A stretch of 54,735 nucleotides of DNA from Prorocentrum cordatum (Eukaryota): contig CAUYUJ010000220.1 of assembly GCA_963575745.1 (NCBI GenBank), forward strand, positions 62,001 through 116,735. The letters run 5' to 3'. Shown here in pieces: positions 12,681-24,914 of this stretch. Under the pieces are notes generated by a model. That model was not told where the DNA came from. It did no database searches and saw only the letters and a list, made by a program, of their open reading frames with translations. A program made the translations under genes and the position numbers. Every line of letters starts with the position of its first letter. The stretch's first letter is position 1.

Positions 12681-12859
12681 CTGGAAAAGCACACATGAAG
12701 GGGCCCCGGGACACACAAGCAAATACACACTGGTTCCCCATATTTTCCAATATTTTCTGTTTTTTTATCTTCCCGCCCAATTCCCATAATTTCCCATATT
12801 TTCTGGTGAATCGGCGATTAATTGTGTCTGTGTGTTTTTTAACACAGGCAGCATAAAAA

Positions 12860-13205
12860 AACTGCGACGAGGCATCGGCGACACCTCGGCGATGCATGGG
12901 CGGTGCACCGGCGACGCTGGCAGTGCATCAGCGATGCTGGCGTGGAGAACATCGGGCTCTCGAGCGGCATCGCCGATGCATCGGCGATGCGGCGCGATCC
13001 TCCGACCCCGTCTGCTCCGACCCCACCCAAGCGGCCTAGAGTTGAGGGCCTTGGGTAAGGAACGGTTGGATAAGGAATCCGTGGTCTGGAAGCAGGCGGA
13101 ACTCCGACTGAGGTCTGGCCATGGATATCACCGCCGCCCTCGTCATAGAAGGAGTCCTTCAGGGTCTCAGGCCTCCTGGGCACACTCCTGAACGAACGCC
13201 CCCAC
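12860..13205 (+). repeat. Dispersed ~340 bp repeat (gcatcgccgatgc...cgatcctccgacccc...gaacgaacgccccc)
   Basis: Homologous copy at ~29420-29760. Partial copies at ~6355-6470 and ~15362-15485. Confidence 0.75.
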
Positions 13206-13489
13206 CGCAACCTTTCGGCGCCGCTCGGGTTTCTTGGCTCGGCGCTGGACGGCCCTGGCGGCGCCTCCAGCGCCGACTCAAGAAAACCGCGCGGACATCC
13301 GAAAATCTTGAAGGGGAACTGGGACACACAAATAAATACACACAAATAAAAATATTCCCAATAGTTTCACATATTTCCTGGGTTTTTGTCTTCCCCCCCA
13401 CTTCCCATATTTTCCCATATTTTCTGGGGAATCGACGATTAATTGTGTCTGTGTGTTTCTTCCCCTCCTGATTTTGGTCCTCCGAGCAC

Positions 13490-13562
13490 CACCAGGTTGC
13501 TCTCGAAGCACTGCACGGTGGCCACCCGCCCGGAGAAGCGGCTGCGCCCCCCGAGGTTCGGG
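13490..13562 (-). CDS. rraA: RraA-family gene, internal exon
   Basis: PNLGGRSRFSGRVATVQCFESNLV matches RraA (N/D)FGG..F.G...TVKCFEDN. The GT donor at 13489 splices in frame to 12680. Confidence 0.88.
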
Positions 13563-14182
13563 CTGGACGAAAGGGGGCATACCAAAGAGGGGGTGGGAGG
13601 AGGAGGAGGAGGAGGAGGAGGAGGAGGAGGAGGAGGAGGAGGAGGAGGAGGAGGGGCATACCATGGCGAATCAACTCACGTCACTAATCCCACCAGCCCT
13701 CTGGGCGTCGGTGGTTTAGGGCGTTTCCTCATCCACCCCTCCCTCTTCCCCTTCGGGGGGGGGTTTACCACTCCCCCTCCCCCCTCCCCACCGACCTGGA
13801 CAGGAGGGGCGGGGAGCGGTCAGAGCGTCCAAAACGGCCTCGGCGAGGAAGCCAAAATCATTGATTTTACTATGGTTTTTTCCCGGCGTCTCACGGCGCC
13901 TGAGGCAGACATGCATCGAGGATTGGGCCCCTCGGCGGGACCGAAACCAGCTGCATGCAAGATGGCGACCCCCCCTTTCCCTATCTTACAGTCGGACAGG
14001 GGTAAGAGATCGATGTCGGCTCGGGGAGGGAGCCCTAGTGTTCTTCGTGTATGTTGGATGTTCCTGTGCATCCTGGGGAAGGGTACCCTTGGATGTCCTG
14101 TGTTTTGGCTGGCGGAAGGCATCCTGTTCTTGAGGCATATTCTTCTGGCCTGGTCCGACTCTACCCCTCTCGTCCGGCCCGA
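13558..14182 (+). mobile_element. MITE family B copy expanded by nested insertions
   Basis: Left TIR tcgggctggacgaaaggggg, internal family B core (13878-13986), right TIR cccctctcgtccggcccga. Contains a GAG run and a TA-flanked MITE (13989-14161). The TSD is imperfect (gaggt/gcagt). Confidence 0.75.
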
Positions 14183-14329
14183 GCAGTCCACGAGGCGGGG
14201 GCGTGGCGCCAAGGCCCTCACCCACGGCCGCGGCGACCCGGCGGCTGACCCGGCCCTCCGAGGCGGTCACGCTTCTCTCGGCGCGTGCCCTTCCCCCCCC
14301 CCTGGGCTTCCCGACGCCCCTCCCTGCTC

Positions 14330-14890
14330 GTCCTCCTCTTCCTCCTTTTCCTCCACCTCCTCGACCTCCTCCCTCCTCCTCCTCGTTGTCCTCCTCCTCC
14401 TCCTCCCTCCTCCTCCTCCTCCCCTCTCCTCCTCCCTCCTCCTCTCCTCCTCCTCCTCCTCTCCTCCCTCCCTCCCTCCTCCTCCTCCTCCTCCCCTCCT
14501 CCCCCCTCTCTCCTCCTCCTCCTCCTCCTCCTCCTCCTCCTCCTCCTCCTCCTCCTCCTCCTCCTCCCTCCTCCTCCCCCGGTTCCTCTCTCCTCTCCTC
14601 CTCCTCCTCCTCTCCTCCTCGTCCCCCTCCTATTCCTCCTATTCCTCCTCCTCCTCCTCCTCCTCCTCCTCCTCCTCCTCCTCCTCCTCCTCTTCCTCCT
14701 CCTCGTCCTTTTCCTCGTCGTCCTTTTCCTCCTCCTCTCCTCCTCCTCGTCCCCTTCCTCCTCCTCCTCCTCGGTTCCCTCGCCCTCCTCCTCCTCCTCC
14801 TCCTTCTGGTCCTTCTCCTCCTCCTCCTCCTCCTCCTCCTCCTCCTCCTCTTCCTCCTCCTCGTCTTCCTCCTCCTGCTTCCTCGTCCTC
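14330..14890. repeat. (CCT)n microsatellite
   Basis: ~560 bp degenerate CCT run. Confidence 0.95.
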
Positions 14891-15859
14891 TCGGGGGTTC
14901 CTCGACATGCGCCTGGCTCATGGTGCCCCCGTGATTTCCAACCAGGCCCCCAAGGCCTCCAGAGCACCCGCGAGGCCCAGAGTGCCCCCAGGGCTTTAAA
15001 ATGGAACGGGGGCACGTTGGGCCAGGGGCACCTTGAGCACCTCCCGGCCCTCCTCTCCGGAGGGCCTCGTGTGACCCTGGCCAATTTTTGGCGGCCGCGG
15101 GCCGGACAGCGGGTCCTGAACCGACGGTCGCAGAGAAGCGCCGGGGAGGGCGGCACGACGCCGATGGGGACGACCTTAACAACCTCCAGATGCCTGCTTC
15201 AGGCGTCCCAGAGCTTTTTGCGATTCGAATTCGGATGGAACGTTTTGCTTGTTGATCAGATTTGGGGGGCCGAGGCCGAGCGCACCTGGAAATATATCCT
15301 TAACAGCCTGCTGCAAACTTTCCAGAAACGCCACGATGCGGGCATTTGATACTAGCATCAGGAACCCAGGGTCTGGAAGCTGGCGGAACAACAATTGAAA
15401 CTTGGTTCGGATATCACCGCCGCCCTAGCCAGATGAGGGATACTCATGAAGCCTCCTTGGCACGTTCCTCAACGAACACCCCCACTGTACCCATTTCTGG
15501 GCCATTGGGGGGACGGAGGGGTCCAACATGGCCCGATATGGTTCCAAAATGGCCCCCTGTGCTTCAAGATGGCCTCCAAGATTGCTCCAGAGGGTCGAAG
15601 GATGTTCGTAATCGCCTCGAACATAGTTCCGAGAGGCCGCAAGATGGCTCAAAGAAATTACTTCTGCCCCTCCCTAAAGGCCCCCCCCCCGATGCGGGCA
15701 AACATCGTCCTCAAACTTCCGGGTCGGGCGCGTGATTGTTGCTTCATCGCCCTTTCGCCTCTGTTTGGGCTCTCTGCCTCTGAAGTCCCGAAACGGCCCC
15801 AAGACGGCCAGAAAAGGCCGGAAGAGGAACCGCAGGCAGACTCGAAGTCGGCCCAGGTA

Positions 15860-16034
15860 CAGTCGGGGCGTTGACCTAAGGAACCCTAATAAGGAACGAG
15901 GCCCCTTTTGTCCATAAGTTAAACTTCGATTTCCTGTCGAAAACAGAAGGGAAACCTGAGGCAAGCTGCGAAACAATCAAGGAACACGGAGCCCCTCCCC
16001 AACGAAAAGGGTTCCTTCTTCAGGGCCCCGACTG
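15860..16034 (+). mobile_element. TA-flanked MITE, copy 2
   Basis: TA|cagtcggggc ... gccccgactg|TA. Homologous to 6811-6987. Confidence 0.85.
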
Positions 16035-16167
16035 TACCCGCAACCCCTGGCCAGGCCATTCCTGGGCCCACGAGCGGCGCACGCGCCCCCTCGGCTGTTG
16101 GACGGGGTGGCAACGCACACCGCTCTTGGGCCCGGGATGTGGGCCTCGCCAGAACAGATGGATACGT

Positions 16168-16220
16168 GTCGACACCGTCGTTCAGACGAAGACGACGATG
16201 ACGACGACGAACACGACGGC

Positions 16221-16254
<34 letters not shown>

Positions 16255-16287
16255 GCCACGACGACGACGGCCACCACGACGACGCCC

Positions 16288-16342
<55 letters not shown>
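16168..16342. repeat. (GAC)n microsatellite
   Basis: Directly visible. Confidence 0.95.
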
Positions 16343-16388
16343 GGAGTCGGGGACGACGACCACGGGGTGCATTACAATCAGAAGGGTC

Positions 16389-16535
16389 TGAATGCCCCAG
16401 GCGGGGCAGGAAATTTATCATGATGCACCACCCCTGCAGGAAGTAGAGCCTCTGAAAGGGCACCCTGCGGATCAATACCTGGCGGCAGGGCACATATATA
16501 ACACAACACAATCAAGCAAAACGCGATATCTTTCA
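16389..16535 (-). repeat. Copia 3' LTR
   Basis: TG...CA bounded. Shares tgccccaggcggggca, ccctgcggatca, ggcacatata and cacaatcaagcaaa with 24775-24914. Confidence 0.7.
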
Positions 16536-19500
16536 TCTCTCGTCGTGAACGGAGGCGGCGAGCGGGCAGGGGCCCCTGGACGGGGGCCCTCGTCAGCCGA
16601 AGGCCGGGCGGCGCGGGGCGGCGCCACGGCGCCCGGCAGCCGCGCAGGCGGCGGCCTTCCGGGCACGGCGAGCCTCGCCGATGGCCTACGTGCGCTCCAA
16701 CATCTCGTCGGTCGGCGCCAGGCACCAGCTGCTCTTTGTCATGCGCTCGAACAGGCAGCCGCGCTCGGACTCCGTCTCGGTGAGCGCGTCGGCAAACATC
16801 AGCTTGGCATCGAGCCGCCAGGCGCTACGCTTCCAGTCGACCCTGTCACGGTCGTCCTTGCTCACGTGGGCATGGCCCGTGTACCCTCGAATCTAAGCCA
16901 TCAAGATGCGGACCCTCTTGTCGTGAGGCTGGCTCCCGCCCTTCTCGAGGCTCGATGAACAGACCGCCAGCGTCCGTTATTACTGCGATCGCCGTGCCGT
17001 CCACGAACGGGTCGAAGTTCAAGCTGGTGAACTTGGCGTCCAGGATATCCTCGATCACGTGCTCGGAAATCTGCGCACTCGGCCGTCGTCAGGAATCGGT
17101 TGCACCCTGCAGGCGAAGATCCACGGCGAACTCGCTCGATGGCAGCACTGGCCCATTCCAAGATGTCGATGCACGCGGGAACGTCGTCCAGCAGTTTCGT
17201 GTCAGCCAGGCCAACTTGGAAGCCGCGCTGCGATCTGATCGCCCACTCTGCCGCGGCAACTGTCGCCGCAACCGAACACGATCGCCTCGCCCCAGCCGCG
17301 TTCAGAAGTGAATGTGACCTTGAAGTGTCTGTTGTCCCGGACCACCTTGATCGCCTGGTTGACATTCACGACGTCGCGAAGCCTCAGGTTGCCCATGCAC
17401 TCGGCCCCGAAGGACGCGTGCGCTGACAGGCCAGGTCGGGTCTGGCGAGCGCCCCAGCCGAGCGAAGCAAATCCACTTCATATTCGCCCAGCGATCTCCT
17501 CTGGGACCAAGGGCGAGTTGGGCTGCTTTCTGCTTCCTCTGGCGCGGATCGAGGCGGGTGTACTCCAGCGCGCCCGCGGCCCCCGAGTGGCCGATCTCGA
17601 TCTTGAGCGCGTCGTCCTGCGCGACGCACCTATCGCAGTGCCTGGGCTAGCCGCACTTCGAGGTCAGGCGGATCTTGATTTTGATCTTCTCCACGACGCC
17701 GTCAAACTCGTGGCCCGCGCCCGCTGCAAACAGGTCGTCGACGCGAGCGCATCGCAGGCCGATGGGCTTGCCGGGCTCGTCCCTAAACATAAACAGGAAG
17801 AGCTCTTCAAGTGGCTCCTTGCAGCCGCGCTCGGTCAGCGTTGCAGGCGCATGTAACCGCCACTGGCGCCGGGCGTTTTTCGCGCCGTACGTGGCGCCTC
17901 TCGCTCGCACGGGCGCTCCGTCTGGAACTCCCAGCGGCGGCGGCCTCGGAGCCCCGAGGGTCGGCGCGCGCTCGGTCCCCCTCGACTGTAAGTAGGCCGC
18001 GGCCGCGCCAGCTGCGGCGACCCTCCACTGGCCCGATGCGGCGCAGCTCGCTACCGCGCGGGGGGCGAGCAGGCAGGCAGTAGGAGCACCACCTCGCATG
18101 CCGAGGCCGCGTCCATGGCGGCCTTGAGCCACCAGACGGCTCTTGGCAGACCAAAAAAAAACATGTCGTGTGTAGTCTGGCGTGGCCCGCACTGCTTGGC
18201 AGTCCTGTTGGTGCGCGCCCACGTCGTGCTAACTGGTTGGGTCCCCTGCTGGATGGGGATCGCGACCCGGTTGGCGTCTAACACTTCCACTGCTTGAATC
18301 TCTTGCCAACTACGCCACTCCTAGCCCATGGCTTCGTCGAGCTCCTGACGCAGCACTGGCGACAAGTTTTGCAGCCTGGTCGGTCGGCCGGCCCCCGCGG
18401 TGAGGTGACCGAACTTCCCCCGAACGTTGCTGCCGGCGCCCTCGTCATTATTCACGAAGAACCAAGATCGTCTCGATGGCCTGAACCTCTGAAGGCAAGG
18501 CTGCACGTAAACTGTGGCGTCCGAGCGGTAGGCCGCGAACGTCGAGGTCCTGGATGACCCCATCCAGTCTCGATGTCCTTCGCGATGCGACGCAGCACCA
18601 TGGGCAATCGAGGTCCGCGCGCGTCTGCAAGGATATAGCGCGCGCTGCCGCTGCCCGCGCCGCGCGTCTCCACTCGTAGGCGCTGGCGCCGTCGACCGCT
18701 ATAGTCGCCGAAATAGGCCTCGTAGAGACACTCCTCAATCACGCTGGTCTCCTGGTCCTCGCGGGCCTGGAAAGACCCGGGCGTGTTCGCAAGCATCTCA
18801 CCGCCCTGCCAAGCAGCGTCTCGCTGTAGTGCCTGCTGGAGCGGCATGCGCTCAGCACCCCTGGGGCTGTCGAGCTCTGGGCAATCCCGAGGCAAACTGG
18901 CCGCTGTCTGTGGCGTCGCCTCCGTAGGCTGCGGACTCGATAGTGAAGCGTCCCGTCGCGGGAGGACGCTGTGGCCACCCGGTCCAAGCGAAGCAGCCAA
19001 GTGCGGGCCCAGGTGTGGTTCCTCCTGGCACAAGCCCTTTGTGACTGGCTGGGTCAGCGGCCCCTCCGAGGCCGAGGAGTTGGGCATGGGATTGCCACTC
19101 TCTGGAGGCGGTGGAGAAGCAGGCTCCTCTCTATCATCCCGATCGAGATCTTTATCGCCATCATTTGTATGACCGCTTCCAACATAATCATCATCCGAAT
19201 CATCATCACCATCATCATGATCATCATCATCATCAACATCATATTGCGGCTGTAGTTGTACTGGTAGCGGGCCCCCTACGTCTCCATGCGGCGGTGGATG
19301 AGGCATGAGGGCTACTGGCTCTGGAACTTTGGGCGCAATTGATGGCGCGGGCGTTCTGGGCGCCGCTCCGCGACCGCTGCCGCGCCCCTCGCGAGCGGGC
19401 GCTCAACTTGGAGGATCGGCTGCCGCGTCGGCGCCCGTGCTGATGCCGATGCAGTTGCGGGTGCCGTCGGCGGCCATTATGTCCAGCAGATCGTGCTTGG

Positions 19501-20899
19501 GGTAGGTGCACATGGTCCGCAGCTCGTTCTCGGAAGCGAATCGAAATTCTCATGGCGCCACCAGTGCTGTAGTGTGTCCATATCGCAGCCAAACTGCATG
19601 TACGTCGGCACCGGTAGTTTTGGCGACGTCTTCGAACAGGTGCTTCGGGTCCCGGGTCTGGTGCGCGATGAACCTAGCAGGGCCGCGCCAACGATGCCAT
19701 ATGTCCGATCTAGCGCATGTTCGCACTTGGGCGCGTCTTGAATGCACGAACGAGCCGATGGAAAATGGCTCTCTGCTTTGACGCGACTTGCGAAGGACCC
19801 CTCGTCGAGTTCGCTCGTCGGCGCCCTCGCGGACCCACGCAATGCGAGTCGCTTCGCGCATGGCCATGGTTTGGGCCATGGCTGCCTGGAGGCCGCTGCA
19901 AGCCTCCAGGGCCTCCATGGCCTCCAGACTACCTGGTCCTCGTGGGCAGTGGGGGGCCTAAAACCCACTGCGACGAAGAAAATCACCCCCTCTTGCTGAG
20001 CCCTTTCCTGACCTGGGTGACGATCGTCGCGGTAGACTCGGCGGCCTAGAGCCTCGCGACGTGGGGTTCCTGGACTGCGCGTCGCCAGACCTCCTGCCAG
20101 ATGCCTCCAGGTCGCGCGCACTTGCTGACGGCGTGGGGCGTCTCGAGGGGCGCCAGACCCATCTCTCCCCGTGCGTCTTGACTGCGTCGGCGAGCCCCTT
20201 CGCCCACCCCTTGCTGAGGTCGACGGCGACCTTCTTGGGGCAGCCTGCCCACGACGCCCAGCGCGCGTTGAAGGCATCAGCGGCGGCCCTCGCTGACGGG
20301 ATCCCCTTAGCTGGGCCCAGGCAGAAAGACAACATTGGAGTTCGCCCCCTCGCGGATGATGCTCGGGAAGAAGGGGCCGCCGCTAACGTCGGGCGCGGGG
20401 AACGCGCCAAGCTGGATCGCGCAGTCGCGGGCGAGCCCCCCCAGGCGATATGATCCCCGCGGGCGTCGCATGAGAAGCTCTCGACGTGCTGCGAGATCTC
20501 CTTCTTGACGCCGCGTCGCTTTAACCACCGCGTGAGCGAGGCGCTCGCGCGCGTGGTGGAAGTTGACGTGTAGCTGCCGCGTGGCCTTCTGTACATGAGG
20601 AGGAAAACTGCAGCTGCTTCTGGCGTCGCTACTCCTCCTCCATGCTGAGGATGGGCGAAATATTTCCCGCGCTTTCCTGTCGCTCTCCGCCTGGGCCGGT
20701 CGGCCCCCGACGCGCCCCGGGGGCCCGATCCATCTCCTGACCGCCCGGGACAGAGCCCGAAGGCACAGGCTGCGCGTCGGCGCGACTCGGGCGCGCGCAC
20801 GGCGCTCGGCCCCCGCGGGGCCCTATAGATCTGGGACTTACTGCCCCTCGACGACGACGGGGTGCTGCGCGTCGGCCTCCAGGGCGTTGCCGGCGATGG

Positions 20900-21590
20900 C
20901 TTGCTGCAGCGCGGCCTCGGCCGCGACCGCGCCCAGCTCGCTGGGCCGCTCGGCGGCCCAGGCGGGCAGAGAGCCGCGGGAGTTCTGGCCCTTGAGCTGC
21001 TCGTGCTTGGGGCAGCCCGCGCAGCGGGCGTCGTCGTTCGCGCCGATCAAAGCTAGATGCGCATGGGCATCATGTCGGGCAGGCCGCCCCCGCAGTCCTG
21101 CCGTCGAAATTGGCCGCCTCGAGCGCCCCCTCGTCGATCGCCCTACTGGCGCCGCCCACCTCGTGCTGACCCCAAGCTTCCGAGCCCCAGCGGTGCTCCG
21201 TGACTGCGTGCCCTCGGAACCCTGCGGGCCACGGACTGGTTTGCCTGGGCCAGGATGGGTCGGTGAGCCCCCCGGTTCTTCTCGATCCTCTCGGCGAGCT
21301 CGCAGTCGTCTTGGCCCGCGTCGAAGCGGCCCCAGTTGCCCCGTGGCGAGCACGGGTGCGCGACCACAGAACAGTAGGTCTCCTCGTCCAGGATCTGCCG
21401 GTCGCACATGCGCTGGCCGCGCTGGGTGGCGGCGCCCCGGTCCGCGCGCATTGTCGAGCGGCGCGCCGACGTTGGGGCCCGTGGTCGACGCGTGCATCGG
21501 GGCCCCCATTGGACCAGCGGGCGTCTGCTTAGGGCGGCAGCCCGGCGGCAGCCTAGCTCGGTTCGGCGCCCTGAACAAGTTTACCTTGAC
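20900..21590 (-). pseudogene. C5-cytosine-methyltransferase-like domain remnant within Copia pol (between protease and integrase)
   Basis: VNLF.., VGAPLD..G(W)(D), EETYCSVVAHPCSP(W)GNW, GHAVTEHRWGSEAW, RCAGCPKHEQLKG. The spacing is reminiscent of motifs I, IV (PC) and VI (E). Confidence 0.45.
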
Positions 21591-24500
21591 AGCGTCGCTG
21601 GCGTTGGCGACCTTCTGCGCCGAAGCTTCAACCTTCCCGGCCTGACTGTTGGAGAGCTTGCGGCAGCCCCCCGCTCCAAAACCTCGGCCACGAACGCATC
21701 GGGCCCCGTGTCGCCGTTCACTATGGAGCAAGTGAACGCGCCCTCTGCGTCGGTGCCCCCGCTGGGCACGTCCGCGAAATAATTGCCGCTGAGGTCAGTG
21801 GGGTCGCCCATCGTCTCGGTTTCGACTGAACAGAACTGCGCGGGGAACTGCTCGTGGACCTCCTCGCCGGCAGCAGCCCGCTCGAAGGCGCCCCATCCCT
21901 GCGCGGCCAGGCGAACTGCGGCGTTGCTCGGGGCCGCGGGCCCCGATGTCGCTGAAGTCGACGGCGTCGCCGTTCCTATCCAGGTGGATGGCGGCCCCGG
22001 GCTCCGCGGGCGCATCCTTGCTCAGCAACGTCGGGTAGTCGCGGCTGGCGTCGGGGACCTCGTCGACCTCGTCGACGTAGGAGGGCGCGTGCCGACGGCC
22101 ACCGGGAAGACGACTGCCCCGCTGCCCTTCGCCCTCCCGCCACCTCCCTCGAAGGCGCGGCTGGCCTCAACAGCGGTGAGCTCGCGGCGGGCCAGCGGGC
22201 GCTCGAGGCGGCAGCCCCAGCGCGCGCCGCGCATCGCCCGCGTCGAGGTCGTCCTCGCCGTCATCCTCGCAGCTGTCATCGGGCGCGACCATCATGACAG
22301 CGCAACCCCGGTGGGGCGCGTGATCGGGCCGGTGGGTGCTCGGGCGCGCGGGGGTCGTGAGATGGCCAGCGTTGACCTCCATCCAGCCGCCGCCGCCATC
22401 GCTGATCCGATACTTTTCCATATCGATCCGCTGCTTCGGGTCGGCGTCGACCCTGCCGCGGGCCGCCCGCGGGGCGCCGCGGAGAAAACAGCCGTGGCGG
22501 TGGAGTCTTGCATGTGCGGGGTCGTCCATCTGGATATCCTCGCCCCACTTGCTGTAGCGGATGAGCAGCGGCGCCGGAGAACTTGGCCCCCCTGGTGAGC
22601 CCCGCAATCGGTGATCTCGCTGGGGCCTGGCATTGGGCCCAGCTCGCAATCGCAGTCAGGGTAGACAGGCTGCTTCTTCGCGTTGCTGAGCGGGCAGCCG
22701 TAAAGAAACGCGAGATCCACGGTCATGTCCCGCGGCTCTGGGTCGGCGCCGGCGGCGTCAATCTCGCGGGGCTCGACCCCCCCCCCCCATTGGCTTCGCG
22801 GCGGGCCTGGGCGGCCCGTCCATGACAGGGGCAGGCTCGATCTGCCCCCTGGCGCCATGCGCCGAGGCCGACTCCGATCCCGAAGACAGCCGCGTCGTCC
22901 CTTGGGCCCTTCTGCAGGCAAATGCCGCCGCTGCGGCGGCGCCCGATCGTCGCGCCGTTTTGACGGGCGCTGCTGCTGCTGCCGTCGCCGGGCCGCCGCC
23001 CTCGATCATGTCGCGGAGGGGGGGTTCTCGCCACTGACCTGTACGATTGCGCCAGGCCGCCGCGCGCAGGACGGAAGTCGCGTGCTTCCGCGGGCCAGGG
23101 TGCCCCCCGTGATCGGCGTCCGCGAGGTGCATGTCGCACTCGCTGCGCTTGGTCTACCTGCAGGTGACGCTGTCGCCCCCCTCTCGAGCAGGTTCTTGTC
23201 CCTCAGGGAGCGGCGGGCGCGCTCCCGTGAGCACCTCCAGGTCGCGCCCCTGGTAGTCGCCGTCGCCCTGCAGGGCGAAATAGCTCCACCCCGACTTCTT
23301 CGGACCTGCCAGTGGCGACCGGTTGCCCTTCTGCTCGGGGCAGGTCGCGTCGCCCTGCCAGCGGCCGAACTCCATGCAGTCCGAGCGCTGGGTCTTCTTC
23401 TTGAGCTCCTCGACGTGCCTTTGGCGGGCTTGGCGCCGTCGGTCGCCGAAGCCCTGGTTCGAACTGCTACTCCTGACTGGCCCAGGCCGCGGCGATCCGC
23501 GACCTCGACTCCAGGCTGCCCCCCGCGATCCGCCGCGTGAGCTGCCCCCCCGCGGGGGCGGCCATCGGCGCCCCTGCCGTGGAACAACTGGCAGACGCGC
23601 TTCGGCGGCCTCCGCTTCTCGTTGAAGATTTTGTCGCGACTCTGCATGGCCAGGGCGAGCGCCTCGCACTCCTCTGGGGGCAGGTCGCCGACGTTGGCGT
23701 CGGCCAGGTAGGCGTCGAGGTCGCTCCCTTCCTCCTCGCATCTCTCGTAGTTGCCGTCGTCGAACTCCTGGCCGTCCTCGACGTACGCCTGGTCGCCCAA
23801 CTCGCTGCCAGCGCAGTTGCGGTCGTCATCCTCCGCGACGGAGTCGAGGCAGGACCGTTCTCGTCAATATTGGCGTCGATCTTGTTGGCGATGCATCGCG
23901 GGATACTGCGCTCTGACCTCGTACCTTATGCCCACGATGGTCCACTGATCGTTGCTGCTGACTAGTACTGCGGTTTGTTCATTCATGCTCATACCAGAAA
24001 TACGTAATACAAGAGCGGTGCTAATGTCTTCGCTGACGGTAATGTCTGAGCTGGCCTCCTTCAGCTCGGCGAACTCATTGCGGCGTCGTGCCACGTAGTT
24101 GGCCATTGGCTTGTCTCTTCCGCGCCAAACGGTACTGCCGTACAGAGCCGCGTCGAAGATCTCCGTCGTCCGAACTGGCGCAATCTCTTGAACGTCCTTC
24201 TTCAGCCCCGTCAGTAACAACAGAATTACATCGCCAACGGCATTGCCTCTTTCATCTGGTGTCAGGAGGTCTCCGTGCTTGAGTTTCCGTACCGCTTCGT
24301 CTGCTGGGCAGCTGAGACCTGGGCGGAGGTGTGGCGCAAAGGCTTCTGTCCAGGTCGACCTTCTTGGCCGTAGTAGAAGGCCCAACAGCGCTCAACATAC
24401 TCTGTGAAATGCTCTGGCCTGCCGTCGTACTGTGGGATGCCGGCCCTGTCCATCTCAACTGACATCTCCCAGACCAAGGGGAAAACGAAGATCAGGATGA

Positions 24501-24756
24501 AGGCGCAATACAGGAGGTCGCCGAAGAGGTGGTGGTTCGCGCCCGTCCTGGCGGCGACCTGGGGGTGGGCGCGCGAGCTGCCCAGCCGCCCCCGTGGTCG
24601 CTGGGGTTGAAGCCCTCGGCGGGGCGGCGGCGCACGGCGGCACCGTGGCGCTCCGCGGCGCCTGCGGTTCGGCGGCTGCTGGGGAACCGTGCTGCGGCGC
24701 GGCGGCGCGCTGAAGCGCCCACGGCGGGGCGCAGCGCGATAGGAATCGGAACCGAT

Positions 24757-24772
24757 CAGGCTCCGCTCACCA
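24757..24772 (-). other. Putative primer-binding site
   Basis: Minus strand TGGTGAGCGGAGC begins 2 nt after the LTR-terminal CA. TGG is complementary to the tRNA CCA end. Confidence 0.55.
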
Positions 24773-24774
24773 TC

Positions 24775-24914
24775 TGACTGCCCCAGGCGGGGCAAGAAAA
24801 TGATAATGACGATTCATCCGTTCGAACCTGAAAGCGCGCCCTGCGGATCAGTACGATGCGCGGGGCACATATAGAACATAGCACAATCAAGCAAACCATG
24901 CCATCACTATTACA
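24775..24914 (-). repeat. Copia 5' LTR (right boundary approximate)
   Basis: Diverged homolog of 16389-16535. Confidence 0.7.

Larger units (their letters stand above)
16389..24914 (-). mobile_element. Decayed Ty1/Copia LTR retrotransposon inside the RraA intron
   Basis: Copia domain order on the minus strand: gag start (IPQYDGRPEHFTEYVERCW, ~24440), zinc-knuckle remnant (RSDCMEFGRWQGDATCP, ~23370), protease-like remnant (~23120), integrase (RQLHVNFHH..FSCD; WASWAGCPKKVAVD, ~20230-20580), RT (YGAKNARRQW, ARVDDLFAAG, ~17720-17890), RNase H (ITDAGGLF, LMFADALT, ~16780-16990). Many stops and frameshifts. Confidence 0.88.

Noticed and set aside
7698..13562. Bacterial contamination or operon (TPR + rraA)
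   Set aside because: The rraA-like gene is split by spliceosomal-type introns, and the TPR gene carries an SL relic amid host repeats.
13443..15349. 350-520 aa Pro/Ser/Leu-rich ORFs
   Set aside because: Produced by (GAG)n and (CCT)n microsatellites and MITEs inside an intron.
15176..15349. Protein-like non-repetitive stretch in the RraA intron
   Set aside because: No recognisable family, and no splice fit to the RraA frame.
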